The notes below the pieces were generated by a model. The model had not been told where the DNA came from and did not search any database. It saw nothing but the letters and a program-made list of their open reading frames with translations. From Nemertoderma westbladi (Eukaryota > Animalia > Xenacoelomorpha): DNA of 64,000 bases. How positions within the stretch are numbered: the stretch's first letter is position 1; each line of letters begins with the position of its first letter. A program made the position numbers and the translations under genes. Location: the NCBI GenBank assembly GCA_032718475.1, contig JAUCBJ010001006.1, positions 1-64,000 of the forward strand, read 5' to 3'. Positions 24,749 to 38,285 of the stretch are shown one piece after another.

Positions 24749-25495
24749 TCATCCGTTTATACGATTAATCGGTGACTTTGGTCTAGCTGGGCTTGGGCTC
24801 CTACGTCGAGTTGCCTGCGGTTCTAGAATACCGGGAAATGAAACGACTGCCATCTCCTTGGGTTCGGTTTGATCATAGGATATCAAATAAAATGGTAGGC
24901 TCGCGAGCCTTCCGCCGAACTCCTCAATCTCGCCTTTCTCGTACGCCTTGTACGCCCTATACAGGCTTAAGGCTTCCCGTTTCTCTTGTGTCAACTTATT
25001 AGACTCGTCTACTACCATACTATAGACATCTGGTTCGACTAATTTGGGTTCATAAATGACAATCTTGCCCGCGTTCGGTCCACTCATCTTAAACGAGTGG
25101 TACGGATTTTTCAAAGGGTATCCGCCTTCTTGGTAACGCAGACTTTGGTGGTTTGGGCAACGCGCTAATATCGGCTCGGAGTTCTCCGGGTTCAAGCGGA
25201 TAGGATTTGCATTGTCTTGCGCACACATACATCCTCCACATTTATAGAACAGTTTATAAATGGAGAACGCTTCCTTAGTTTCCAGATCCGCTCCTCGAAT
25301 TGTGTCTATAAAAATCGTATCTCTGTGTCTCGGGTCCTCGCAAACGTCACTGGCGTCGCATAACGCATCGTAGGGATACAACGCATTGAACTCCGCGCGT
25401 AACTCATCCACTCTTTTGTTATAAGCATCTATTCATTGTCGCGAAACATTCGGGTCCGCCTTGGATTTAGCGAGCTTGGCTGTAGTCCTAGCCAT
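24749..25495 (-). pseudogene. Unknown Cys/His-containing accessory ORF, probably family C (one internal stop)
   Basis: 220-aa ORF extends through one TGA to an ATG at 25495. The family C hairpin lies within it (24894) and just downstream (24685). Confidence 0.55.
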
Positions 25496-25576
25496 ACTCT
25501 CCACTCCGAACACATTAAAGTTTTGGCCCCATATCGGTTGAACGGTGCCTGGTGCTCCTGTTCCTGCGTGAATCCC

Positions 25577-25584
25577 TTTATATA
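25577..25584 (-). promoter_or_regulatory. TATA box for the accessory ORF
   Basis: TATATAAAGG about 80 nt upstream of the ATG at 25495. Confidence 0.5.
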
Positions 25585-25683
25585 GTGTTTCTACTAGAGG
25601 AAGCACAAACAGAGGTTAGATGTGAGGAGACTTAGAGCTTTGTCGGCTTTTGGCTCAACTTTGCTCTAAAACCCCTACCCATT

Positions 25684-28533
25684 TGTGATGTGAATATACT
25701 TGATGTGAATATACTTATGACTATTATTACCGTACAAAGGTGTAAGGACCTAAGTCCATTATACATTATACATATACATACATACCATTCCGGTCGTGCA
25801 TATATACTGCATATCATACATACAGACTTCAGAGTTGATAGAATATACATCCTGTATTTATTATTACATACTGACACTTTCTCATGACACAGAGACATAA
25901 GATGGCGCAGTTGTGTCTATTAGCTTTGACCACCCTACATGGTTTTGCTAATGACCTACGTAACTTACAATAACTGATAACACTGCAACATAAAAAACGG
26001 GACTTTTAATATAAAAAAAAAACCATACAACAACGGCTACACCGCGGCGAATACTGGAATACCTGTACTGCTGTACTACTGAACCGTACTGCCGTACTGG
26101 ATATACTAATTGCTGTATTTGTATTTATACTTTGATTATTTGCGTGTTGCCATATACATTCAAGGTCAACATTGGGCAACATGTCTATCTCCCCGGAGGA
26201 TACCTACAATCTGTCCGAGGAGGTAATCAACAGCCTCGCCAGGGCAACTTTAATTGAACACTGCAACAACGCAGACGTGGAGTACGATTCGAAAACCACC
26301 ACGGTCGTACTACGCAAACGGTTAATTAATTCGCTGTCTCTGTCCGGAGATGCGGACGCAGATGATGCAACTGCATCGGGTTCCACCCAGGGTTCCACCT
26401 ATGACCTGGGCCGGTTACTCGCACAACTCAATGCACAAAGACGCGAGGACGAGGAATGCTGAGAAGAACGTTTTATGCGATTCATGGAACAGCAGTTAGC
26501 AACCCGGGACCAGCAAACCATTTCAACACCACCTCGATTACATGATCGTGATACCGGTACTGGTACCGCCGATAGTGGAAACACCGCTAGACTAACTGTG
26601 CGACCCCCACAAATCCTGGATGTGGGGATCCGGTTTAAATCGTTTAAATGCTGGGAATCTGCGTGGTTAAATTACTCAAGGGTCACCAAACTCGACAAGA
26701 AACCCAGGGTTGACAAGATTGCTACGCTGTTCTCATATTGTAGTCCGGATTTTCTAAACCAGATACAGTACACACTCGAAATCGACCAAGATACATCCCT
26801 GGAAATGCATGAAGTCTTGGGCGAGATCCGCACTTATCTACGCGCGGATCAAAACATTGCCGTCGATCGCTACGAACTTGTACGGCAGAAACAAGTCGAT
26901 GGCCAGGAATTTGACGACTTTTACATTAAACTCTGTGAGATGGCAGACAACGCACAAATAGAGTCAATGTCCAAAGATGATTGGTTAACAACCCTCGTTG
27001 TCTGCGGTATATGGGTGACGAAACTCGGGAAGAACTCTTCGGTAAACGACCATTATTTTCCCGAGCCGCTACTGTGGATTTCTGCCGTAACCGGGAGATG
27101 GCTGCTAGGGAAGGCCAGCGTCGGAAACATTGAGTAAACGTGGTTCAACATTCCGCCACTTCACAACCAACCCAACAACGGGGACGTTATCCGCAAAAAT
27201 CAAAGACTCTTTACAAACGCGATAAGGACAGTAAATCCCAACAACATTCACAAACACCTTCTTCCAATGCCCGTGACGCTATCAAACGTTGTAAATCTCA
27301 GGGTAAATGTATTAATTGCGGTGGAAATTGGCCCCACACCACAGACCAACCATGCAAGGCGGCCAATAAAAACTGCAACCACTGCGGAAAACAGGGACAT
27401 TTTGCATCAAAATGTCTTGGTAAAACATATTCGAAACCCCCACAATCCACCGGCGCTATTCTAATCGCCGACATACAGTACACGGATATACAGCTGCTCA
27501 CTACAGACCCCTCATCCCGATAGATCTTTTCTACAAAGGAGACTACATTGGGAATAAATATGCATTGCCGATACGGGCGCGCAGGTTATAGCAGCTGGTT
27601 CCGATATACTGGAGGAGTGGGACATCACGGATTTAACAGACCCAGACTACCCTCTAGAGGGCGCCAATGGAACACCCATTGAATGTGAGGGGCGCATTGA
27701 ACTCAGCCTCACTATCCAGTGCTAGAACACACAGGGACTGGGTATACAATATACATATGTCCAGACATATCCAAGGGAGCAGTATACCTTCCATTATCGG
27801 CATGTAAAGGTTTGGGTATTGTCCACCCCGAATTCCCGAAACCACTACACCTAATTACCAAGTTCATTGATGGGATACAATGTACACCCGTCAACACCCA
27901 ACGTGCACTGGTCGACACCCAACGTACACCCGTTGACACTGAACATGCACCCGTTGGTACCCAACATGAACCCGTCAACACCCAACATGAACCCGTCAAC
28001 ACCCAACACAAACCCGTCGACACCCAACATGCCACTTTGGCAATCAACACCATATCCAATGATAACCAATCGATTGAGATCGAAAAACAGAAACTTCTCA
28101 ATGAATACTCTGATGTTTTTGGGACCAGAGGTCAACTGCGGACCATGGCAGGCCCACCAATGACGATTGAGTTGGTGGATGATGCGAAACAATTCTGCCT
28201 CTACGCGCACCATCCAATACCCCATCCGTTTCGGGAGAAAACTAAAAAAAAAATTGAGGATATGCTTCAAAAAGGCATAATAGAACGAACAGGCGACCGT
28301 GCTGTTGAATGGTGCCACCCAATTGTGGTTTGCCAAAAACCCAACCAACCTGGTGAAATTCGTATAACTGTTGATTTAACAAAACTCAACAGTCAAGTAA
28401 AGTGCACCATACACAACGCCCGTTCACCAGGCGATGTTGTGTCTGGCCGTACACCAGGCACATGCCTTTTCTCGACCCTGGATGCCAAATCGGGGTATTG
28501 GCAGGTCGAACTCAACGAACAATCTCGAGACTA
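25684..28533 (+). mobile_element. Element E: 5' half of a Ty3/Gypsy (Mag-like) retrotransposon
   Basis: LTR TGT..ACA at 25684-25897, PBS TGGCGCAG at 25903, gag with two CCHC knuckles, protease ADTGA at ~27570, RT start (RITVDL, LDAKSGYWQ) truncated at ~28533. Confidence 0.85.
27880..28030 (+). repeat. 21-bp tandem repeat (PVNTQHE)n between E protease and RT
   Basis: About 7 units of CCCGTCAACACCCAACATGAA. Confidence 0.85.
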
Positions 28534-31500
28534 TAAGAAATTGCCTAATGACTTCGGGTTTTGCGTGGTTTCGCACTGGCTCCTTATCCAAAAATGTGCC
28601 GATAAAAAACGAATTCCGGGTAAACTAGCCGCGAGTCTAAAATACTCACCTTTTAATTTCCCAAACTACATTCCCAAAAGAAAATAGTGCAGTCGAGAAT
28701 TAATTTGGTCTAAATAATAGTAGACACGACTACGTAGAACAAGGCCGGTTTTCTTTTCCAAAAAAATTTTATTGGTAGGCTCGCAAGCCTTCCATCCGCT
28801 CTTGTCCTCCCCAATTTTAATTTTAATTTTTATCTAGCTGTATTCTAGAATTCGCATTCACTGGAGAATCATTTTTCTTAAATTTAAATCCAACTAAATG
28901 GATTTGTCTAATAATTTTTGAAAAATTGTCTCACTTGTGGGGTGGGTTCCAAGTGGAATTCCATTCCTACTGTTCACACAATCCCGCTCCTATGTGATAC
29001 ATAAGGGTACTACCCTCCATGTTCACATATAAAGACAATGGCATTCCACCACTGTCTCTATCTACAGTGAAGAGGATTACAAATACACATACAGTAATAC
29101 AAAATACTAAATTACTAAAATATGGTAAAGCTATGTGGCGGCCAACAAAGGTCCCACATTTCTATTTACTAATATTGAGTGGAGATTTGTAGTCTCCTGT
29201 CTCGTTTCTAGTCTCCTCAAGGAGCACGAGACGTTGTACAGGCCTATCTACGGTACGTCCATCAATATTCCGTACAGTAACTGTCCTTGTTACACCAGTT
29301 GTAGGGTGTGTGGTCAAAATGACTCCAGTCAGCCAAAAACGTCTGTTCAGATAGGCTTCACCCAATAAAACGTGGTCACCGCATCTCAAACATCGGGTAT
29401 TAAAATACCAAGAGGTTCTGGTTGAAATAGAGGGCAAATAATATTTCTGCCATATTTCCCAGAATTTGTTGGCTAGCAACTGAGTGATTTTCCAAGCTTT
29501 GTTGCCGTATCTGTCGCTATCGACAGGTACCGAAGTGGGCAACAATGTCGTCGGCGCCTGCATAAGCAGGTGCGCTTGTGTCAAGGCAAACTGTGACTCA
29601 TTGTTGTCTGGGATCAAAGCGATCGGTCGAGTATTCAAAACCGCTTCTATTTCTATTAACAACGTCGTCAGTTGGTCGTCTGTTAATATGTGTTGCGTCA
29701 GTATTACTTTCGCCATAGCCGTCTTAATTGAGCCAATCAGCCTTTCCCAAACGCCGCCTCTCCACAGACTGTCGGAAGTGTTAAAGTTCCAAACAATATG
29801 GTGAGGACGTAGTTCCTCGGAAATCTGGTTTTGGTCCAACTCCTTTAAAGCTCTGGTGATTTCGTTCCGTGCACCAACAAAGTTAGTCCCTTGGTCGCAT
29901 TAAATGGATTTGACCAATCCATGTCTAGCGATAAATCACCGTAAGGCTAGGATAAAGGCGTTGGTGGATAAGTCTGTCACACGCTCAATATGGACAGCTC
30001 TGCTGGCCATGCAAGTGAAGATCAATCCCCAACGTTTTACCTGTACCCTTCCGCGTTGCGGGATTATGGGTCCAAAACAGTCTATCCTGGTCTCAGTGAA
30101 AGGGGGTCTAAAAGCCTGTAATCTCGCTAGTGGTAGTTCACTCATTTCTTGGTGTCCTATCCTTGCCGCGTGCACCTTCTTACAAATCATACAGTTCCAT
30201 GATACCAAACTCAGTGCCTTGCTAGGCCTAATCAGTACGAACCTTTTGCATAAGTGTGATAAACAGTGATGTCTACCTACCTGTTTGAGTCATACATGTG
30301 CGTCCAGTATCATAGCGCGCTGTAACTCATGGTGTTGCGGTATCAATACTTGACGGTAAGTCAAGTATTTTCCTTGAGCGGAGTGTGATCGCTGTGGCCA
30401 CACCTTCCTCCAAAGAAGTCAAATTCAGTAAGTTGTTAATACCTAATAAGTGTGTACTAGTCCGCTCCAATGGGTCGTCCAATGGAGTGTCTAGTAGACA
30501 GTCTGGTGAGGCATCCGACGAACAGTCTAAAGAGACGTCTGGTGAGACATAGCGCCTGTCGTCTGTCCCAAAAAAAGTCTGGCATAGCTTCTGTCAGAAT
30601 GTCTGGTCCAAAGTCTAGTGGACAGTCTGTCGAGATATCTGGTGGAAAGTCTGGCGAAATGTCCGGTAGACAATCTTTTGAGAGTTCCATAAAACAATCT
30701 GGCGAACAATCCGGAGAACAATCTGGTGTCGCTTCTGGTGAATAATCTAGCGAGACATCTGGTGAAAAATCCGGCAAAACATCTGGTGAAATCTCCTGCG
30801 GAACTTCCAGTGAAAGATTCGTATGAACGTCTGGTCGAAGGTCTGGTGAGACGTCTGGCGTAATGTCAGGTCTAATGTCCAGGTCATCAGATTTTGTCTG
30901 TCCTTGTTTCCTCTTGACCTTGGCGTTGGCTTTCGCTTTGGACTTGACAACAGTGTCGAATTTTATCTCGGCACCCTCCGGTATGGTGTTAGTTGTTGCG
31001 TCGAATAACAGTGGCCATTCGTCTGATGGTCGTTGAAGGAAATCGGGTCCTCTAAACCAAGAGGATTTATTGTCCGGTTTACAAAAGTCGATCGGTAGCA
31101 TCCCCCGTGACACGATGTCAGCTGGGTTCAGCTTCCCTGGACAGTGACGCCAATCTTGTTTGAGGGACCGGTCTAATATTTCAGCCCGTCTGTTGGCTAT
31201 GAAAGTCTTGAACTTGAATGTTTCAATGATTATGTACCAAAGTACCAACGTCGCATCCGTCCAATATGTGACCTTCACATTAGCCTCCAGCTCGCATTGA
31301 ACTAGACTGACAATATCGGTGGATATCGTCCCAGCTTGCAGCTCTCCACAAGGTACAGTCATATACTTCAACGGCATTGTTCTAGCCCTTGAAGTAACGA
31401 GAGACACTTCATAGCTGTCTGATGTCACTTGTTGTCTAAGATACAAAGTAACCCCCAGTCCATCCTTACTAGCGTCACTAAAGCTGTGAAGCTCCAAATC

Positions 31501-33283
31501 GACAGGAAAGATGGTCTGCAAAGGAAAGTATACCCTTGGTATGGTATAGTCTTATAAGAACGTCAGTTGGGCTTCCCAGTCCCTCCATTGCTCAGCTAAC
31601 TTTTCTGGGATGAGATCGTCCCATTCCAGTCCGGCTTGCCAAATGCTGCACAGTATGATCCTGGCATGTAGGATCACTGGACTAATGAAACACAATGGGT
31701 CATACAATCGACTCATGGACGATAAGCAAGTCCTCTCTTAGTGAGAGGTTTAGGTTGTCCGTTGGACCTTACACGTACCATAAAGTTGTCGGTGTTCGGG
31801 TCCCAACTAAGTCCTAATCCCTTGGTCGTAGGTAGAGGTTCTAGGTCTAAGTCCAAGTCACCTCCACTGCGATCTGTCGGGTCGAATGATTTCACTAGTT
31901 TGGGTTTATTGGAAGCAAACTTTGTAAGGCGAAATCCGCCCTCAGGGAGACAATCCTGGAGTTGGTGTGCTACGATTGTAACGCGCTCCATAGTGTCACA
32001 ACTCTTGAGGCCATCATCCACGTAGAAGTCTCGTTTCACTGTCTGAGCTACCTCTGGGTCGAATTGGTCTTGTCTGTCCAATGCTGTCTGCTTTAAGGCG
32101 TACATGGTGCAGTTCGGGCTGTCCCTGGCTCCGAAAACTCTTACCTGCATTTGGTAAGTTTCTGGCGGAAGTTCTAACGTCACAGGTGAAAGCTACTTTG
32201 CGTTGTCTAAAAAGCATTAGGACTCCCATGAGGTAATTATTTATATTTGGCCCGTCCATCAGTTCACTGTTCATAGACATCCCTTGGTAAAGCGCAGCGC
32301 AGTCGGTGACTACACGCACCTTGCCAGGTTTGTCCGGATGTCGATCAAAATGATGTGGCAGGTAATATGTCTGATCTGTGGTTACCTCTGGATTTAATAT
32401 CCTAATGGCGTATCCCTTTTGGAGATACGTCTGAAGTTGCGCATTGTATTGCATATGGGCCATCTCATTACGCAACAATCACTGCCTTATTGATTTGAGT
32501 CGCCTCAAAGCAAGCGGGTAGTTTTTAACAAGCTTAGGTTGTCCATTGCACCACAACATGCCAACTTCATAGTGGCCATTCGCGGTCTGGCGAATGGTAT
32601 ATCTCATAATATTTAATGACTGTTTTTCCTGTTCTGACATAGCGGTCTCGTAATTACCGGGTTCTACTGAGTCCTGTTCTAACAATTTAATGGTCCGTTC
32701 AGTCAGCAGTCGGTCAAGCGCTGCTTGCACTGCGCCATGGTCCTCGTCCACGCCTTTGTCCGCTGCAGTGGCTAGTGTCAATGTGTCTGGTAGGCTCGTA
32801 AGCCTTCCGGTGTCACTAGTCGGCGTCGAATCGTCGTGAGGCAGTTTGACAACCTTCTGATCTGTTGGTAGGCTTGCAAGCCTTCCAAGATCAACGACTG
32901 GTGACAAATCTGGTGGGTGGGGTCAATGACCTTCGGATTTTTCTGTAGGCTTGCAAGCCTTCAAAAACCCTCGTTCATCGAGTCATCCACAGCAACAACC
33001 CTTTGGTCTTCAGTAGTCAATACATCCTGGTTTACTGCAAGTAGTTGTAAGTCAGAGGTCCGTGTGGTCGTATCCAGATCAGTTACGTCAGTATCAGTTA
33101 CGTCAGCGGTAGCGACGCAAGTCTGTCGTAGTGCAGTCTGTACAATTGGACCACAGGAGTGTGAAGGAGAATAATCTATCGTAGTAGTCAATAAACTACA
33201 CGTGCTCAAAACGTCGTCCTCCTGGTTACTTACCTCTAGTGAACGCACTGGTGCTCTAGTATACCAACCTATGGGAGTTCTAC
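28534..33283 (-). mobile_element. Element C (BEL/Pao): degraded pol and 3' region
   Basis: Motifs RTPIGW, YYLPHH, FYVDD, HSFSDAS, WRHCPG.LNPAD, IDCFGP, GGVWERLI. Pol ends at 29162, PPT-like tract at ~28981-28992. Confidence 0.88.
30480..30880 (-). repeat. 12-bp-period Pro-Asp repeat (PDxS)n between C RNase H and integrase
   Basis: Repeated TCTGG units every 12 nt; the translation reads PDISPDFPPD. Confidence 0.8.
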
Positions 33284-33851
33284 TGTTAGCGAATCAATTC
33301 CGCTAACACCCCACAAAGTTGGGCCAGCGAGGCCTCTAAGCAATATTGGGAGCACGAGGTTGATTACCAATACCAACCTCGTGTCACCCCAACAAAGTGG
33401 GAAGGAGAAACACACACACAATAGGGGTCAGGGGTTACACCCCTGAAAGAAAGGAGAGTAACAGCAGCGGGGGGGGGGGGGGGGAAACACCACCGCAGGG
33501 CAGAGGGTGTGAAGTAGGTTACTAGCCAATGGGGGGAAGGCATCGGCTGAGTAGTATTATGCGGCCAACCGTGCAATATATACTACCAGCTCTGTATCAT
33601 TTATTCACTCTTAGTTAGTCAGTTAGTTAGGGTGGTACGAGAACTCTTAACACCGTCCCCGTCCACTGCTATCAGCCTATCTCATTCAGTGCATTACCGG
33701 TACTTATTCACCTGTGCTTATTTCCATCTTATCTATATATCTATACATACACGGATCAACATCAGAACTCTTTCAGCCTTTTCACATACACGGCAGGGAC
33801 GTGTAGTCAAGATAACCGGATAAATCGGGATCCTCAGTGGATCCCGTCACA
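33284..33851 (+). repeat. 5' LTR of A
   Basis: TGTTAG...TCACA, near-identical to 43317-43828. Confidence 0.93.
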
Positions 33852-33895
33852 GTGTTAAGAACCAACAGCCCAAGCTGACTGCCAAAGACTGAAAG

Positions 33896-36800
33896 ATGAG
33901 TCAAGAGAAAAGAGAGACGACACCGCCGCGGACCCCGGACGACAACCTAACGATCCGCGAGGCCACGGCGAGATGGTATCGATCCACGATGCCGGATTCG
34001 TCGACACCAGGTGATCCGACAACCAAAGAGGAGGGGGGCCGTCTACAGCGAGAAGACGAGTTGAGGGAAAGGAGAGATGAGTTGAGAGGGGAAAAAGACG
34101 AGTCGACACACGACGGCGGTCGACGTGCCAATGTTGCCGGCCAGCCACAGGCTGAGGGCAACGGACGGCCCACTGGAACGGCAACGGTGGAGCCGATGGT
34201 ACGACGCCGGACCCGGAGAGATAGAGGAGACATTGGCAACGAGGACGTCGGGGTCAGCAATCGGCTCCGACGAGCCTACGCCGCGACCTGGGAGCAACTG
34301 AAGGAAGCTAGAGGAGGGGCTGAAATAGACCAGGTGGAGTTGAGGAGACGACTAGGTGAGTCAAACAGATACTTTGATTACCTAGTGCGTTCTGGGCAGG
34401 GAGAACTAGCCAGGGAGATAGCGAGAGGGGTTGCCTTCAAACTGTTTGGGCTATGGGAACATAGGGGTATGTGGCCTGGTGTAGTGTACATAGGGCCATA
34501 CTTAGTCGATGCCAGGGAAGTTAAGTTAGTGGGTTGGGTGGGACCGCACGAAGGCGAATCCGAGGTTAGCTCCGAGGATTCGGTCTCGTCGGTCAGCGAG
34601 AACCCCGGAAAGTGGGGGAAAGTTAGTAGGACGGAGGGGCGGCGGGAGTCCGTTGCAACCGATAAGTCTGCTACATCCTCCGCAAAAGAAAGACGGGTGC
34701 GAGAGAGTGAACGCATGGCATATAAATTAAAAATGGAAGAATTAGAGTGGCGACTGAGGGGAAGGAAGGAGCAAGAGAGTGAACGCGAAGAGCGTGAGGC
34801 AAGAGAACAGAGCGTGCGGTACACGTACAGTACGCATAATAGCTGCACGGGCCGAGGGGGTAGTAGTAGTACGTTAGGAAATGTTGGTATTAATAGTACC
34901 GTAGTAGATAACCCTAATCCTTTTATTACAGGAAATATTTTACCTGGTAGTAGTAATTTAAATTTAAATTCAAATAATAATATTAATTCAAATATTCAGA
35001 ATAATCAAAATAATTCAAATAATTTAAATCTAAATACTCAAAATAATTTAAATAATAATCCCGTTTCAAATTCTAATAATTTAATTGATTTAGGGGATTT
35101 AATTGATTTAACAAATAATATTGGGAATGGTGCTATTAATATGAACATGTCGGATGTACATAGCCCGAAGGCGGCCTGGTAGGCCACTTAGTTAGTAGGC
35201 AGGAGGTGGCGGGGTTGAGCCAACCCGACGGCGGCCTGGTAGGCCACGTAGTTGATAGGCAGGAGGTAGCGGGGTTGAGCCAACCCGAGGTGGGCCTGGT
35301 AGGCCACGCAGCAGTAGAGAGAGAGGCAGGGGTGAATAGACCCAGCAGTAGTAGAGAGAGTGCGTCGACTAGAGAGAGGTGTAGAACAGAAGTGAGAGAT
35401 AGTGAAGTTAGATGTGGCGAGTGGGGGGGGGGGGGGGGGCTACGGGCGCCCCACCACATAAGATTAGTGGCGAGAGAGGGGGGGCAGAGAATGCCCCACA
35501 AGAGGGGTGTAGAAGTGAAGTGAGAGGTGATGAAGTTAGAAGTAGCGGGTGGGGGGGGGGGGCTACAGGAGCCCCACCACGAAAGATTAGTGGCGAGAGA
35601 AGGGGGGTAGAAAATGTCCGACAAGAGGGACGCGGAAGTGTAGTAAGAGATAGTGAGGTTAGAAGTGGCGGGTGGGGAGGGGGGGCTACGGGCGCCCCAC
35701 CACGAGAAATTAGTAGCGAGAGGGGGGGGGGGCAGAGAATGTCCCACAGGCGTCGGCAGATAATGCGCGGGCCGAATTAGGTAAACCGCAACACCCGGCG
35801 ATGGAGAATAATAGGGGGATTGCGAGTATCCCCAGCGGTGTGCGATCGAGCAGAGAGAGACAGGTTGACGTCGCGAGAGGGCGGGCGACGGAACGTCGAG
35901 CCCAGTCAGAAGAGAGAAGATTAGTAGAGTTTAACAGAGAGGTCGAAGATAGAAGAAGATTAGTAGAGTTTAATAGAGAGGTCGAAGATAGAAGAAGATT
36001 AGTAGAGTTTAATAGAGTGGTCGAAGATAGAAGAAGATTTGTAGAGTTTAACCAAGAGGTCGAAGAGAGGCAAAGAGAAGAGAATAATAGAAGAGTCGTT
36101 GCTAGGAGCAACCGGAGAGCGAGGACGGATAGCAAGCCGTCGATAGTAGAGATGGAGTTAGGGAGCCAGTGGGGTCAAACTTCGGGAGATTGCCGTCGCC
36201 CTGGAGAAACGTACCGCACACCAAGAGTGGGGTACAGGATGTACCGATACGAAGAAGAGAACAGGAGTGGGGATCAAAGAGAAGCTTCCCGACGGGATAT
36301 AGCTGCCGATCGAGAGTACGGTAGTTGCGGGGAGATTCGAGATTTGCGAAGAATAAACTTCGGTTCGGAAGGGCACATGCAGACTGCAGGACATACTGTA
36401 GGCCTTACTGCACGTACTATTATAGGCCATGCTGGGAGAGATAGAGTAGGCAATAAGGTAGCGCGAACAACGGGATTAAACCCGGAAGCCGCGTGGTACA
36501 TACCGGTAGGTATGCGAGAAGTAGATATGCCTATATCGGTACCAGTACAGCAGCATGACTATAATACACAAGGACATTACATATACCCAGGGGAGGGGGG
36601 AATTATTGCGGATAGGTGCATGGGCCCCAATATATTAACATCAAACCCAGTACCAAACATACCGGCGGGGGGGGGACAGGGTGACATTCCCCCATCACAA
36701 TATCAACAATATACCCCAATAGGAGCAAGAACATCGAACCCCTTGGACGAGAATAGGTTGTGCGGACAGTCGCTACCACACGCGGCCATACAGGGGACTG

Positions 36801-37813
36801 CTAGTCCACAGTTAGCTGGCAGTAGGGCCACACCGTGGCAGGGACAGAAAGAAAATAACACCACAAATAAACATAATCCCAATATACCCAGTAGGCCGAG
36901 TACAGACAACCAAAACACTAAATCGGTACATATAAACCTAGGCGCGATACGTGAGGGACGGTACAGGGAACGCTATAATCCAGGATTCGAATGTCAATTA
37001 CATCGGGACGGAACCCATAAGACCAGGAGTTGTAAGCACTGGCAAGCGTTGCCCGAACAAGATCGTATAACCTACACAGACGCAAACGGACTATGTCATC
37101 GATGTGTGGTAGAAGGACACAGATCCGGAGAGTGTAGAGAAACAGCAGTTAGAGAGTCCGAGACTGGAGCCCAGGCAATGGCTACAAGCACGACAGTGGC
37201 CAGAAAGAAGAGAAAAGTACTACTCGGGGTAGTACCAGTTAAGATATTAGGAGAGGGCGGTCAATCAGTAACGACATGTTACCATGGGTGCATGATACCA
37301 GGCACCGTAGACGCAGAGGATGAAGAGGAGAAACAGGAGATAGTAGAGCCAGACAGGGAAGCAACAGTAAGAGAGGGGGCGGAGGAGAATAGATTTCCCA
37401 GCAAGCATCGGTATGGAGATGAAGAGGAGTGGACGGCGAGATGTCCGGAGAACAATACTCCAGAGGAGTGTCCGGAAGAGACGCCGGTCCGATTGGGAGG
37501 CATACTGAAAAGGGGGAACTTGAGTAGGAAGACAGGATGGAAAGGGATAGGACTACTATTGTACCTTCTGTTTTGCCTGTTCTTTCACTTTCTTTTCATT
37601 CTGCTGCCGGGAGACAACAAAGCGGGAGGTGGCATTTTGATGCCAGGAGACGAGATAGTAAAGAAGCCAGCGGGGAGACCCGATTTTAGGGTGGCGGAAG
37701 AGGGAGAACCAATTCCTGGTCAGTTGGAATTGGCAAAGAAAATGTGGCAAAGAGTAAGAGGACGTATAGGAGGGCAGCGGGACAGTGCCTCATGGAGGAA
37801 TCGCCCTCGTTAG
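33896..37813 (+). pseudogene. A gag-derived ORFs (33896..35182 and 35801..37813)
   Basis: Homologous to the B gag N-terminus. Keeps the Cys/His knuckles and PR start, lacks capsid, and ends in a hydrophobic segment. Confidence 0.75.
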
Positions 37814-38039
37814 TTGAAGTTTAGTCGTCCAATATTTTGGACTGAGGGGGGTGGGAATGAGGGCGAGACGCCCTTCTCACACAAATAATTATTTAATTTA
37901 AATAAATAATAAAAATTATTATATAATTAAATATAAGAAAGTAATAGTTAGAAGAGATAGTAAGTAGTAGTCAGAAGATAAGTTAGTAGAGAGTTAAGTT
38001 AGAAGGCGGCGGGGTAAGGGAGTGTGGCATATTATCATG

Positions 38040-38285
38040 CCACGAGTAGTAGAAGGGGTGTTGTGGGCACCGTAAGCGCCACGTAGATGGAGGTAGCAGA
38101 GAGTGGTTGTGGGCACCGCAAGCGTCATGTAGATAGAGCTAGAGGAAGTAGAGAGTTAGTAGAGCTAGAGGAAGTAGAGAGTTAGTAGAGCTAGAGGAAG
38201 TAGAGAGTTAGTAGAGTTAGAGATGGTAGAGAGTTGGTAAGAGTTAGAGATAGTTAGTAGAAGTAGAATTAGAATTAGAGAGTTA
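38040..38285 (+). repeat. Purine-rich tandem repeats of the A 3' region (continue at 42693-42960)
   Basis: AGAGTTAGTAGAGCTAGAGGAAGT units and repeated GTGGTTGTGGGCACCGCAAGCG. Confidence 0.8.

Noticed and set aside
37540-37610. env gene in A
   Set aside because: Only a single hydrophobic stretch is present, with no signal peptide or Cys-rich ectodomain.
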